Part shown: positions 12,355-24,169 of the stretch, in pieces
How the letters are laid out: each line of letters opens with the position of its first letter
How positions within the stretch are numbered: position 1 is the stretch's first letter
NCBI RefSeq assembly: GCF_006345805.1
Contig: NC_043013.1
Span: forward strand, 28,458,001 to 28,522,000
Origin: Octopus sinensis
Taxonomy: Eukaryota
Length of the DNA stretch: 64,000 bases
Direction of reading: 5' to 3'
Made by a program: the position numbers and the translations under genes
Notes under the pieces: generated by a model
The model's input: only the letters and a program-made list of their open reading frames with translations
Told to the model about the DNA's origin: nothing
Database searches by the model: none

Positions 12355-12698
12355 AAAAAAGAAGTTTGAAAACGCCACTATATTAGATAAATTTTCATTT
12401 TCTTAGAAATTTACATGTTTCGGTTCTTGAAAGAATGAACCTTATCAAAAATATTTTAAAAAGTTAAGTGTAATAGAAAAGTTCATAATTGTTTCTTACT
12501 GATCTCAACAGAATCCATGTGGTGGTGTTTTGTTGGTAGTCAGTAAGAAACAATTATGAACTTTTCTATTACACTTAACTTTTTAAAATATTTTTGATAA
12601 GGTTCATTCTTTCAAGAACCGAAACATGTAAATTTCTAAGAAAATGAAAATTTATCTAATATAGTGGCGTTTTCAAACTTCTTTTTTACAAATATATA
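12344..12698. mobile_element. Fold-back PLE-like terminal-repeat insertion with 159-bp perfect inverted arms
   Basis: Arms 12344-12502 and 12540-12698 are exact reverse complements by eye, with a 37-nt spacer, inside (TA)n. Each arm carries a hammerhead-like TTGATAA-GGTTC..GAACC-GAAA-CATGTA (+ 12594-12630; - 12412-12448). The palindrome is directly visible; the PLE assignment is inferred. Confidence 0.75.
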
Positions 12699-12984
12699 CC
12701 CACTCGTATACGATCTACACTTATTATAAATATATATATATATATATATATCTATATATATATATGTATGTATGTATGTGTGTGTGTGTGTATAAAGTTC
12801 TCTGTGCATTTGCTCAAATGATAATAAAATATATGTATATATATATGTGCATACACACACACACACACATGCACATAATGATGAGAGCATCCTGCAGCTG
12901 CATCACATGGATGGCATTGACAAGCTGATTCTTCATCAAGATGTGCAGACCCTTTTTTCTCTCTGATTTCATTGGTTACACTCT

Positions 12985-13270
12985 TTGCTTATAGCAAGCA
13001 ATGGTTGCTGCCAGTGTTGAATGGTGCTATCAGCAAGATGTCCTACAGTATGTGTTATTTGTTGACTAGTGTGTGGTCAATTTCATTCCTGCACTGAGTG
13101 TTTGGGGCTGTCCACATTCCTCTCCTTTCAGATTGCTCTCTGAATAGGCTGTTTCTTATGTAAAGGTTTCTTGCTTCTGTCATGGAAACCAATCATTGTC
13201 TTTTTCCAGTTCTGTCTCTCAACCCAAACTTTCCAACATATTTCTTTTCCTGCTATCCTTTTCCATTATG
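12985..13270 (-). pseudogene. Decayed RTE-clade LINE apurinic endonuclease fragment
   Basis: Minus strand reads ...KYVGKFGLRDRTGKRQ*LVSMTEARNLYIRNSLF...MWTAPNTQCRNEIDHTLVNK*...APFNTGSNHCLL, matching the APE motifs G-K-F-G, W-x-x-P...NEIDH and TGSDH, with stops. The relic may extend to about 13860. Confidence 0.75.
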
Positions 13271-14054
13271 GTGTAAGTGAACTTGTTTAGTTGGTGCTTT
13301 CGCTAAATCTAGGCAGAGTTCTTGCGTTTCATCATCTTTTGCTAGAATTTGTCAGAGTATAGGTCTGGATGGTCTTCAGAGAGGCATTTCATTAGAGATG
13401 AACATTTAGCACTCTAATTTGTAGAGAATACGATTAGCAGAAAACAATTTTTTCAGCCCATTCTTTGCTTACAATGAGCCCTCTACTGCCTGTTGTTCTC
13501 ACACCTACTTTTCCCACTCACGTGACACTTCCGTCTGTCTTTCACTGAGCCTTAGCACATCACATTACATTTATTTTTTCTCCTCCATTAGCCAAATCAT
13601 TCCAGTTCTCCCTGCCAAAGCCCTGCAGTTGTAGGTACATATGCAAGGGTGATTAACTAATTCCTTAGTGGCCTATGGGCACCTGAGATTCTTAGCAGCC
13701 TCTGATCACTTGGATTTCACTCTGCCACTACAGAGCAGCCTGATTGACCCATTTCCTCACTTTGTTGTAGCTTTCAAATGAAGCCACCGTGCGGGCTAGG
13801 TGGGCAGGCCATGATTACTTCTTCAGTTTAGTCACCTTCCAACTGCTAGTGAATAGACAAAATGATTTTATGCACAGTTATAAATAAAAACATTAATTGG
13901 GGTATCATCTGTTAACTTTAAGCAGAGAATTGTATTTTTCTATTTTTACAAGGAAAAGGTTCACAGTGACTTCAAAGTCTTGGCTTAGTTGCATTTGTCA
14001 GACTATTTGATGAAGGCAACTAGACCAAGACTTTGAAGTCACTGTAAAAGTCAT

Positions 14055-14090
<36 letters not shown>

Positions 14091-17000
14091 ATGTATTTAT
14101 ATTTTCAAGTAATATTATGCCTTTCTACTCCAGGCACAAGGCCTGAAATTTTGGGGGTAGGTGCCAGTCGATTAGATCGATACCGATATGCAACTGGTAC
14201 TGAATTTATCAACACCCGAAAGGATGAAAGGCAAAGTTGACCTCGGTGGAATTTGAACTCAGAATGTAAATACAGACAAAATACTGTTAAGCATTTTGCC
14301 CAGCGTGCTAATGTTTCTACCAGCTCGCCACATACAAAGTAATATTATGAACAAAGTAAAGCACATGCAATATATAGAGAGAATATTTATTTTAATATAT
14401 TAGTTTAAACTGACTTCTCCATTATTTTAAATTCCATTCCAAGAAAGGCAATTCCTAGAAGACCTCTTCATAAAGAAGTATTTCACATGTTATGGCTAAA
14501 TTACTGGTGTTTAGTGACAGGGTTAAAAGTAAGGTATATTTCCAATTGGACATAGAATTTGTGTTATGTCAAATAAGAAAATATCTTGCACAAGCAGTAA
14601 CTATAAATATTATAAAATAAAATAAGGGGTAAGGGTGAATGTTATCATAAATATAATGTTGCATCAGAATAGTGAATATTGAATAGTACAATAACAATAA
14701 TCCTGAGATGCAAAGTAGTTAATACAACATCTTGAATGAGCACATTGTAAATATCTGATTTACTATAAAAACCTTCTGATGTTGCAGTGTATGAATGAGT
14801 GAGTCAGTTGGGTACAATTACTCTGTTATAATTTACCAAAGCTAACTTTTGTGACCGTATCTGCAGAAATTTTCCAATCTTTTATTTAAATAGTTTGTAG
14901 AATAAGTTGAATTGGTAATAATAAATTATATATTTTCCCTGCTGCAGTGCTGAGCAATACCTAGAACCATTTGTATGTGTTTACTACAATACAGTTGCTA
15001 ATTTAATGTTGAAAGTATTGGTACCTCTATCTTGGATTGGATTGGGTTGCTCATGTTCAGTTCACTGTAAAATGAAAGGCTTCAGCATGTTCTTTCCACT
15101 AACCACAGTCTGATATGTAGGCTGTGAATTTGAGCTTGAGATTGTACCCGTTTGACAAACCTACTTTGCAACACTGGCTCGGCATGAATTGGCAGAGGGA
15201 GCAGTTATTATATTCATACTCAGGAGTAGTTAAATTAATCACATCGACCCCAGTACTCAGCTGGTACTTATTTTAATGACCCTGAAAGGATGAAAGGCAA
15301 AATCGACCTTGGCAGAATTTGAACTTAGAACATCAGGACAGATGAAATACTGCTAAGCATTTTACCTGGTGTGCTAATGATTCTGCCAGCTTGCTGCCTT
15401 ACCACTGTCTTGCAACTCCCATATATAACTGGAGAGGGCAGAGAAAGGGTTGAGAAAACTGTTTAGTACAGGTTTAGATATTGCTTCTTTGTACAGTATA
15501 TCTGCATAAAGTATGATATACAGAATACTATTTTGATCTAATATGGATTCTGTTGCTAATAATGAATTTTTAGTTAGCCTGCCAACTATTTGCAGTAACA
15601 GTGATTTATCAATCACTGTTTTTTTTTTTTTTATATCAGTAGAAGCTAAATTTGTCTAAGCATGCAGGTGATAGTGAATACTAACTACTGATAATGTGCA
15701 AAGATACAGAAATCTGGATTTAGCAATTCTACTGCTACTGTTGGATGCTTTCCATCCGATATTATGTTTCTGTACTTTTTAGCACTATACATCTATATGA
15801 GGTGCTTTCTTGAGCTGAACACTACAGTTTTATGGCTTTCTATGATATATCCACACTAAGTAAGATAGAATACTACTCAGAATACTGTTTAGTGTGAGGA
15901 TTTGAGTGTTGTGAAACATAAAGAACGAAAAATAAATGCAAAGACAATTTATTTTATGATGCAAGTTTATTCTTTTATTGTTTCAGTCATTACACTGCGG
16001 CCATGCTGGGGCATCACCTTGAAGAATTTTAGTCAAACAAATTGACTCCAGTGCTTATTATTATTTTGTAAAGCCTCCTACTTATTCTATCTTCCCCTTT
16101 TGCCAAACTGCTAAGTTACAAGGATGTAAACACACCAACACTGGTTGTCAAGCAGTAGTTGGGGACAAGAACAACGACACATACACTCATTCTTGGTGGT
16201 TTGGCAAAAGTGACCAACAGAATGAATACTGGGGTTGATTTGTTTAACTAAAACCCTTTAAGGAAATGCCCCAGAAATCACCACTGTCCAGTGACTGAAT
16301 CAAGCAAAGAAAACAAAAAAGAAAAAACCCAAAAAAAGCCCAACAACAATATCCCTACATATTCCTGTATATCACTATCCATTCCCTATATATTCCTTTA
16401 TATTCTCGTGTGTCTTTATTCTTCATGCACTGAAATTAGAAACCTGAGTTTCACATTACATTTTGGTACCTTTGAGGTTTGATCTATTCTTGGGTATAGC
16501 AAGGACACAGATTCTAAAAATGTCATCAGTTTTGCCCTGTCAGCTCTAATTTAATTAATGATCTGCTATTTTGATAGAAAAACAACAGCAATATTGATGC
16601 TATTAATATATATTACATGCTATTAAACCAACCACACAGGAGCCATTATTTATAAACAAAAGAGTGTAATGTCTTTATTCACTTAAGTCAACGGTGCATG
16701 TACAATTATTTTTGCAAGTCCATGTTATTTAAATTTTTATCTTTCAACAATAGCAGCTGCTGTCAGTGCTGCTGTTGTTATCAGCAAGCGCTACAGCATG
16801 TCTTGTTTCTTTGATTTTTCCGCTTCTCCTCTGTGGGTCTTTTCCTATAATGGAAATTTCATTCCACAGCAATATAAGTTTTCCTTGCTTTCATCATATG
16901 TTTCTCCATTCCTGACTTTGATGTTTCTCCTTTTATTAAGGTTTTTCTGAAGTTTCTCCTCTTCTATTATTTAGGGGCTGGCCATGTATCTCCTTTACAA

Positions 17001-18163
17001 GGCCTTCTGTCGATGATGTGTGGCAGATGATAGATACTGTTAGGCACAGTATAGGCACAGATGTGACTGTGTAGTCAAGAAGCTTGTTTCCAAACCATGT
17101 GGGCTCAGGTTCAATCCTATTGTGTGCTACCTTGGATATGTATCTTCTCCTGTAGCCCATGGGAGATTCAGTAGATGGAAACTGGAAGAAGCCTGTTGTA
17201 TATAGATATTCTTTTATTGTTTTATTGTTTCAGTCATTTGACTGTGGCCATGCTGAAGCACCTTTAGTCAAACTAATCAACCCCAGGACTTATTCTTTGG
17301 AAGCCTAGTACTCATTCTATCAGTCTCTTTTGCTGAACTGCTAAGTTACGGGTACGTAAACACACCAATATTGGTTGTCAAACAGTGGTGGGGGGGGACA
17401 AACACAGACACGCAAATACATACACACACACACACACACACATACTCACACACACACACACACATGACGAGTTTCTTTCAGTTTCTGTCTACCAAATCCA
17501 CTCACAAGGCTTTGGTTAGCCCAGTGCTATAGTAGAAGACAATTACCCAAGGTACCACACTGTGGGAATGAACCCAGAACCATGGGGTTGAGAAGCAAGC
17601 TTCTTACCACACAGCCACTCCTGTACCCATAGAAATTTATGTTTATTTGTGTTTGTCTTCCACCTCTACCTGACAACTGGTGTTGGTTTGTTTATATCCC
17701 AGTAACTTAGCGGTTCAGCAAAAAAGATGGAAAGAATAAGTACCAGCTTTGAATAAAAATAAGTACAGATGGGGCGGGTGGGTGATTCATTCAAGTAAAA
17801 ACCCTTCAAGGCAATGCTCCAGCATGGCCACATTCCAATGACTGAAACAAGTGGAAGATAAAATAGAAGTGCCATCCAACAGCAGCTAGAGGCAAATTAT
17901 CTGCTTTTCTTACAATCCAACTCAGGAGGGTTGACATCAAGAGTTCAACCATTTTGATACCAATTCCCAAGAGACATCCCTTTGTGCTTTGATATGAACT
18001 TCCTGTTTAAAAGCAATATAAATTAAAATTTTCCATCCAAATTTCACATTGATTTATATTTCAAACATCAGCAATGTTACTTTATTAAATTCCTCTTTAT
18101 TTTCAAAATTGATTAAAACAAAGTCAGTGTATCTCAATAGAAATATGGTAACAAAGGGGTTAA

Positions 18164-18385
18164 CCCTTTCGTTACTGTATTTATTTTGTGATGCTCTGTG
18201 TTTCTTTCAATTAATTTTAAATATAACAAAGAATTTAGTAAAATAGCTTAGTTATTGTTAAGCTAGTGTTAGCAACATAAATTGTGATTAAGGTTTGGTG
18301 GAAGATTTTAATTTAGAACTTTTGAGACCATGACATTTTTACTACAGAACCAGAGGCAGTTTCAGCCAGGTTGGTATCAAAAGGG
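18164..18385 (+). mobile_element. piggyBac-like MITE (TTAA|CCCTTT...AAAGGG|TT(T)AA)
   Basis: TTAA at 18160-18163, terminal inverted repeats CCCTTTcgttac / gtatcaAAAGGG, ~220 bp, further copies in the window. Confidence 0.7.
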
Positions 18386-18472
18386 TTTAATATTGTATGA
18401 CTCTATCAGTCAGTTTGTTTTGTAACTCACCTAAGATGCTCTTGATTCTTTAATCCAAATTTCTTGCTTTAA

Positions 18473-19113
18473 CCCTTTCGATACCAATCCTGCTGAAACC
18501 ACCTCTGGCTCTGTAGTACAAATGTTTGTTTACAAAAGTTCCTAGCTTGCTAACCAACCACATGGTTCAGGGTTTAGTCCCACTGCGTGGCATCTTGGGC
18601 AAGTATCTTCTGCTATAGCCCCGGGCCGACCAATGCCTTGTGAGTGGATTTGGTAGACGGAAACTGAAAGAAGCCTGTCGTATATATGTATATATATATA
18701 TATATGTATGTGTGTGTATTTGTGTGTCTGTGTTTGTTCCCCTAGCATTGCTTGACAACCGATGCTGGTGTGTTTACGTCCCCGTCACTTAGCGGTTCAG
18801 CAAAAAGAGACCGATAGAATAAGTGCTGGGCTTACAAGAAAAAAGAATAAGTCCTGTGGTCGAGTTGCTCGACTAAAGGCGGTGCTCCAGCATGGCCGCA
18901 GTCAAATGACTGAAACAGGTAAAAGAGAGAAAGAGAGTAATTGAAATCTTCGACCAAACCGTAGTCGCAATTTATGTCCCTAACACCAGCTTAATAATAA
19001 TAATAACTAAGTTATTTTACTAAATTCTTCGTTATATTTAAAATTAATTGAAAGAAACACAGAACATCTCAAAATAAATACGGCAACGAAAAATAAATAC
19101 GGCAACGAAAGGG
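18473..19113 (-). mobile_element. piggyBac-like MITE, opposite orientation, interrupted by a family A SINE (18543-18940)
   Basis: TTAA|CCCTTTCGATACC at 18469 and GCAACGAAAGGG|TTAA ending 19117; the two halves are the reverse complement of 18164-18385. Confidence 0.75.
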
Positions 19114-19925
19114 TTAAAGTTATGTAAATCAAAGCATTCCATCAAAGTTTCATGTTGATTTATGTTTCAAAGACCAGCTTAAAATACTGACAGAGTTATT
19201 TTGCTAAATTCTTCATAATTTTCAAAATTAATTGAAAAGAAGGCAGTGAATTTCAGCAAAAAATATGGTAATAAATGTGTTAATCTCAAATAGGCGCAGG
19301 CATGGCTGTGTGGTTAGGGAGCTTGCTTCCTGGCTATATGGTTTCGAGTTCAGTCCCACTGCGTGGCACTTTGGGTAGGTGTCTTCTGCTATAGCCCCAA
19401 GCCGACCGAAGCTTTGTGATTGAATTCGGCAGGCGGAAGTTACTGCCGTGTGTGTATATGTGCGTGTAGGTGCTTGTGCCTCTCCGAAAGAGAGAGAGAG
19501 TAAGTTTCTAGCATAAACGGAATACTCATGTATAGCTAATCCTATCTTTCCTAAAAGTGTGTCTCTAAACAGAGCAGATGCTAACAAAGACTAACAAAGA
19601 TTTTCCAGACACAGATCCATGGTCTTTCAAGACTAATGGATGCTGCCATATATTTAACCCTTTCAGAGATTGCTATCAAATGCCATAATCCTTGGAAGGT
19701 TATGCATTTTCTTTTCTTTTACTTGTTTCAGTCATTAGGCTGTGGCCATAATGGGGCACCACCTTCAATTTTTTTTTTACTTGAATGAATTGACCCCAGT
19801 ACTTATTATTTTAAGCCTGGTACTTATTCTATCTGTTTCGTTTGCCAAACCACTAAGTTACAGTGACACAAACATACCAACACCCGTTGTCAAGTGATGG
19901 GGTGGAAGGAACAAACACAAACTCA

Positions 19926-19964
<39 letters not shown>

Positions 19965-22533
19965 CATCATCATCATCGTTTAACGTCCGTTTTCCATGCT
20001 CGCATGGGTTGGACAGTTTGACTGGGGACTGGCAAGGCAGGATGCCACACGTGGTTCCAATCTGATCTAGCAATGTTTCTACAGCTGGATGCCCTTCCTG
20101 ATGCCAACCACTCCAAGAGTGCAGTGGGTGCTTTTTACATGCCACTGGCAAGGGAGCCAGTCAGGCAGCACTGGCATTGACCACATTCGGGTGGTGCTTT
20201 TTATGTGCCACCTGCACAGGAGCCAGTCAGGTGACTCTGGCAGCAATCCATGCATGAATGAATGGTGTTTATCACATGCTCCCAGCACTGGTAACAGCCA
20301 CAACTACAATCTCCTTTTGATTGTGATTTGATTTGATTTTGATTTACTTGACTCAGTAGGTCTCCTCAAGCACAGCATGTTGCCCAATGATTCAAAGGTA
20401 CTTCTTAAATGGGCTGATTATGTGACACTGGTGTAGGCTACAGCTGTGATCTCATTGCCAGCATAAATCCAGAGGCTTTAGTCTTTCCTCATTGCCTCTG
20501 TGAGGCCTAACATTCGAAGGTCATGCTTCACCACCTCATATACATATCTATATATATAACAAGCTTCTTTCAGTTTCCATCTAGCAAATCCACTCAGAAG
20601 GTTTTGGTCTGCCTGAAGCTTCAGTAGAAGTCACTTGCCAAAGGTACCATGCAGTGGGACTGAACTCAGAACCATGTGGCTGGGAAGCAAGCTTGTTATC
20701 ACACAGCCACATCTGCATCCCAAAATCCTAGTTCAGAAAGTTTGTTTGTATGTCATAAATCTAATTTTTCCAGTAAATTTCTTACTATTGTAACTGATTT
20801 GCAATTGCTGTGCTTTACAACATGCATCCAAAATATCTTTGTTATTTCTTTGCATTGGGTTTACACAGTCTGTTTTATCAGCTGAATTCCACTTTTATTC
20901 TAGTATCTCATTATAAATAATAAAAAAAAAAGGAAACAAAAAAGAAAAATACAGCATTATGTTAGAAACTGGAGCATTAGCATTAATACATATGAAATAT
21001 GAATAATTAGAAATATTAGATTTAATTAGCAGACATGAAATCTTACCATCAGCTGAGTAGTTGCAGATTAATAACTATATATACCACTTAATTACTTAAT
21101 TTTCAGCCAGTGTCTGCTTGTAGATGCTCAGGTGATGTGTGTTTATTTTTTTGTACTGGCTTGACATTATATGGCATTCCGTCGGTTACGACGACGAGGG
21201 TTCCAGTTGATCCGATCAATGGAACAGCCTGCTCATGAAATTAATGTGCAAGTGGCTGAGCACTCCACATGTACGTGTACCCTTAGTATAGTTCTCAGGG
21301 AGATTCAGCATGACAAGGTTGGCCCTTTGAAATGCAGGTACAACTGAAACAGGAAGTAAGTGTGAGAGAAAGTTGTGGTAAAAGAGTACAGCAGGGTTGC
21401 CATCACCCCCTACCAGAACTTCATGGAGCTTTAGGTGTTTTCACTCAATAAACACTCACAACACCCAGTCTAGGAATCAAAACTGCGATCCTATGACTGC
21501 AAGCCCACTGCCCTAACAACTGGGCCATTGCGCCTCCACACTGGGTTGACATCAAGTCATTGATGATGTTAGTGTTTTATTCTGACTTATCAACAGAAGG
21601 CGCTAGTTGCAAAATAAGGAGTTGTAGCACTTTACCTGCTTCCGACTTTTTATTTGTTTCAGTCATTGGACTGTGACCATGCTGGAACATATTTTTTCAA
21701 GGGTTTAATTGGAGAAATTGACCCCAATACTATTTTTTTAAAGCCAGGTTCTTATTCTATTGGTCTCATTTGCCAATCCAATAAGTTATGGGAATATAAA
21801 CAAACCAACACTGGTTGTCAAGTGGTGGTAAACACACACTCCATATACATACATATATATATATATATATATTCACATTCATAGCAAATCTAGTTGCTAG
21901 CTGTGAGCTACACAGAAAGTTTCAGCTTATTGAGTTTCCTCGTAACTTTGATATGAGAAAAGTGTGTAACCTTCGATGCCAATAAATTGTTATTGTTCCT
22001 GACTGTACACTGTCCACTTTTGTTTTCTATACGTGCCACAGACTGCTTGAAGCTTACAAACATCCTACACTTAGATCCCTGGATCTTACCCTTTGTGATG
22101 ATTTGCTGTACTTGATGAGAGGCATCAAGCTCAGTAAAATCACTGTCTTCCACACATACAAGCTTGTCCTTTCAGGTGTGGGTACCACTTAAAAAACACC
22201 CGTGTCACTGCTGCATGTATGTACTCATGCCAGTGGCACATGAAATGCACCTAGTATGCTCTGTTAAGTGGTTAGCATTAGGAAGGTCACCCAGCTGTAG
22301 AAACCATGCCACAACAGATAGTTGGAGGTTAGATAGCTCCCTGCTAGCCAGTTCTAGTCAAACCATCCAACCCATGCCATCAGAGAAAGCAGATGTTAAA
22401 CAAAGATGATATATATATATCATATATAAACACTCACAACACCCAGTCTAGGAATCAAAACTGCGATCCTATGACTGTGAGTCCACTGCCCTAACATCAG
22501 CATGGCCGCAGCTCTGAGCTGAAACTAGAAAAA

Positions 22534-22564
<31 letters not shown>

Positions 22565-22599
22565 TATCATCATAATCATCATCATCATTGTCATCATCA

Positions 22600-23400
22600 T
22601 TCAACGTCCGCTTTCCATGCTAGCATGGCTTAGACGATTTGACTGAGGACTAGCAAACCAGATGGCTGCACCAGGCTCCAATCTGATCTGGCAGAGTTTC
22701 TACACCAACCACTCCAAGAGTATAGTGGGTGCTTTTATGTGCCACCAGCATGAGGGCCAGTCAAGTGGTACTGGCAACGGCTACGCTCAAATGGTGTTTT
22801 TTATGTATCACTTGCATAGGAGCCAGTCCAGCGGCACTGGCAATGATCTCACTCGAATGTTTTTTCATGTACCACTGGCACAAGTGCCAGTGAGGCGGCA
22901 CTGGTAATGATCACACTTGAATGACGCTTTTTATGTGCCACCAGCACAGAAGCCAGTTAGCTGCTCTAGCAACAATCATGCTCATATGGTGCTCTTAGCG
23001 CTCCACTGGCATGAATGCCAGTCATTGAATTTGATTTCGATTTCACTTGCCTCAACAGGTCTTCGCCATCAGAGTTTAGTGTCCAATGAAGGAATGGTAT
23101 GCATAAGTGGGCTGGTTACACCCCTGGTATAGGCCATGAGGTTATGGTTTCACTTGGCTTGCCGGGTCTTCTCAAGCACAGCATATTTCCAAAGGTCTCG
23201 GTTACTAGTCATTGCCTCAGTGAGGCCTAATGTTCAAAGGTTGTGCGTCACCACTTCATCCCAGGTCTTCCTGGGTCTACCTCTTCCACAGGTTCCCTCA
23301 ACCGCTAGGGTGTGGTACTTTTTCACACAGCTATCCTCATTCATTCTTGCTACATGACCATACCAGCGCAGTCATCTCTCTTGCACACCATATCTGATGC
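22600..23400 (-). mobile_element. RTE-type LINE 3' end fused to tandem hairpin units and a (GAT)n tail
   Basis: 23130-23400 is the reverse complement of the RTE 3' region seen at 27670-27910; 22600-23010 carries ggtgcttttatgtgccac units and ends in (CAT)n on the + strand. Confidence 0.7.
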
Positions 23401-24040
23401 TTCTTAGAAGCAGCACGTAAAAAGCACCATCCGAACATGGCCGATGCCAGTGCTGCTTTGACTGGCTTCTGTGCTGGTGGCATGTAGAAAGACTATCCAA
23501 TTGTGGTTGATGCCAGCTCCTCTGGCCCCCATGCTGGTGGCACACAAAAAGCACCCACTGCACTCACAGAATGGTTGGTGTTAGGAAGAGCATCTAGCAG
23601 AAACTCTGCCAGATCAGATTGGGGCCTGGGTGCAGCCTCCTGGCTGTCCAGACCCCAGTCGAACCGTCCAACCCATGCCAGCATGGAAAACTGACATTAA
23701 ACGTTGATGATGATGATGATATATATAGTGAGAGAGATTGAATATGTGTTACACACATCTATTTTTTCCTGGTTCTCTCTTCTCTTTTCCTCTCATTTTG
23801 TTTTCTCCTCTTCCCTGGACCTTGCCTGAATGTTATACTTTCACTCTACCACTTTCACTTTATAATGTCTTTCCTTCTTTGAGCACCAACCTAATAATAT
23901 TAACTATTATCGTCCTTTAGACTTTTGTTGTTTTTTAAATTTATTTTGTCTTTTATAACTGATTTGCTCTGTATATAATCTATATATAATGCTTATATAT
24001 ATATTAAATGTTTAATATATATGTATATATTATTTCACAG

Positions 24041-24169
24041 TGGGACACCAAAGTGAAGAGCTGTTCTCCAGCGAAGCTAGAGATTGTAGAAAATGGTAAG
24101 AAAAAGAAAATATCAGGATATGAAGTAATCTTAGCAGAGACCATATTGTTTCCTGAAGGCGGTGGACAG
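24041..24169 (+). CDS. AARSD1: Internal coding exon (probably exon 2) of alanyl-tRNA editing protein AARSD1/AlaXp
   Basis: Acceptor tatttcacAG at 24031-24040 and donor GTaaag at 24170; 129 nt, phase 0/0. Translates WDTKVKSCSPAKLEIVENGKKKKISGYEVILAETILFPEGGGQ, matching from memory the N-terminal region of human AARSD1 (FTTTVVSCCPAEL...GKKEVLSGFQVVLEDTVLFPEGGGQ) including the AlaX FPEGGGQ motif. No other AARSD1 exon was recognised in the window. Confidence 0.9.

Noticed and set aside
19470-19510. Strong donor-like GTAAGT as possible AARSD1 exon 1 end
   Set aside because: No frame gives the expected M-x-x-x-C-Q-x-D-S-Y-like peptide; it lies at the end of a SINE fragment and (AG)n.
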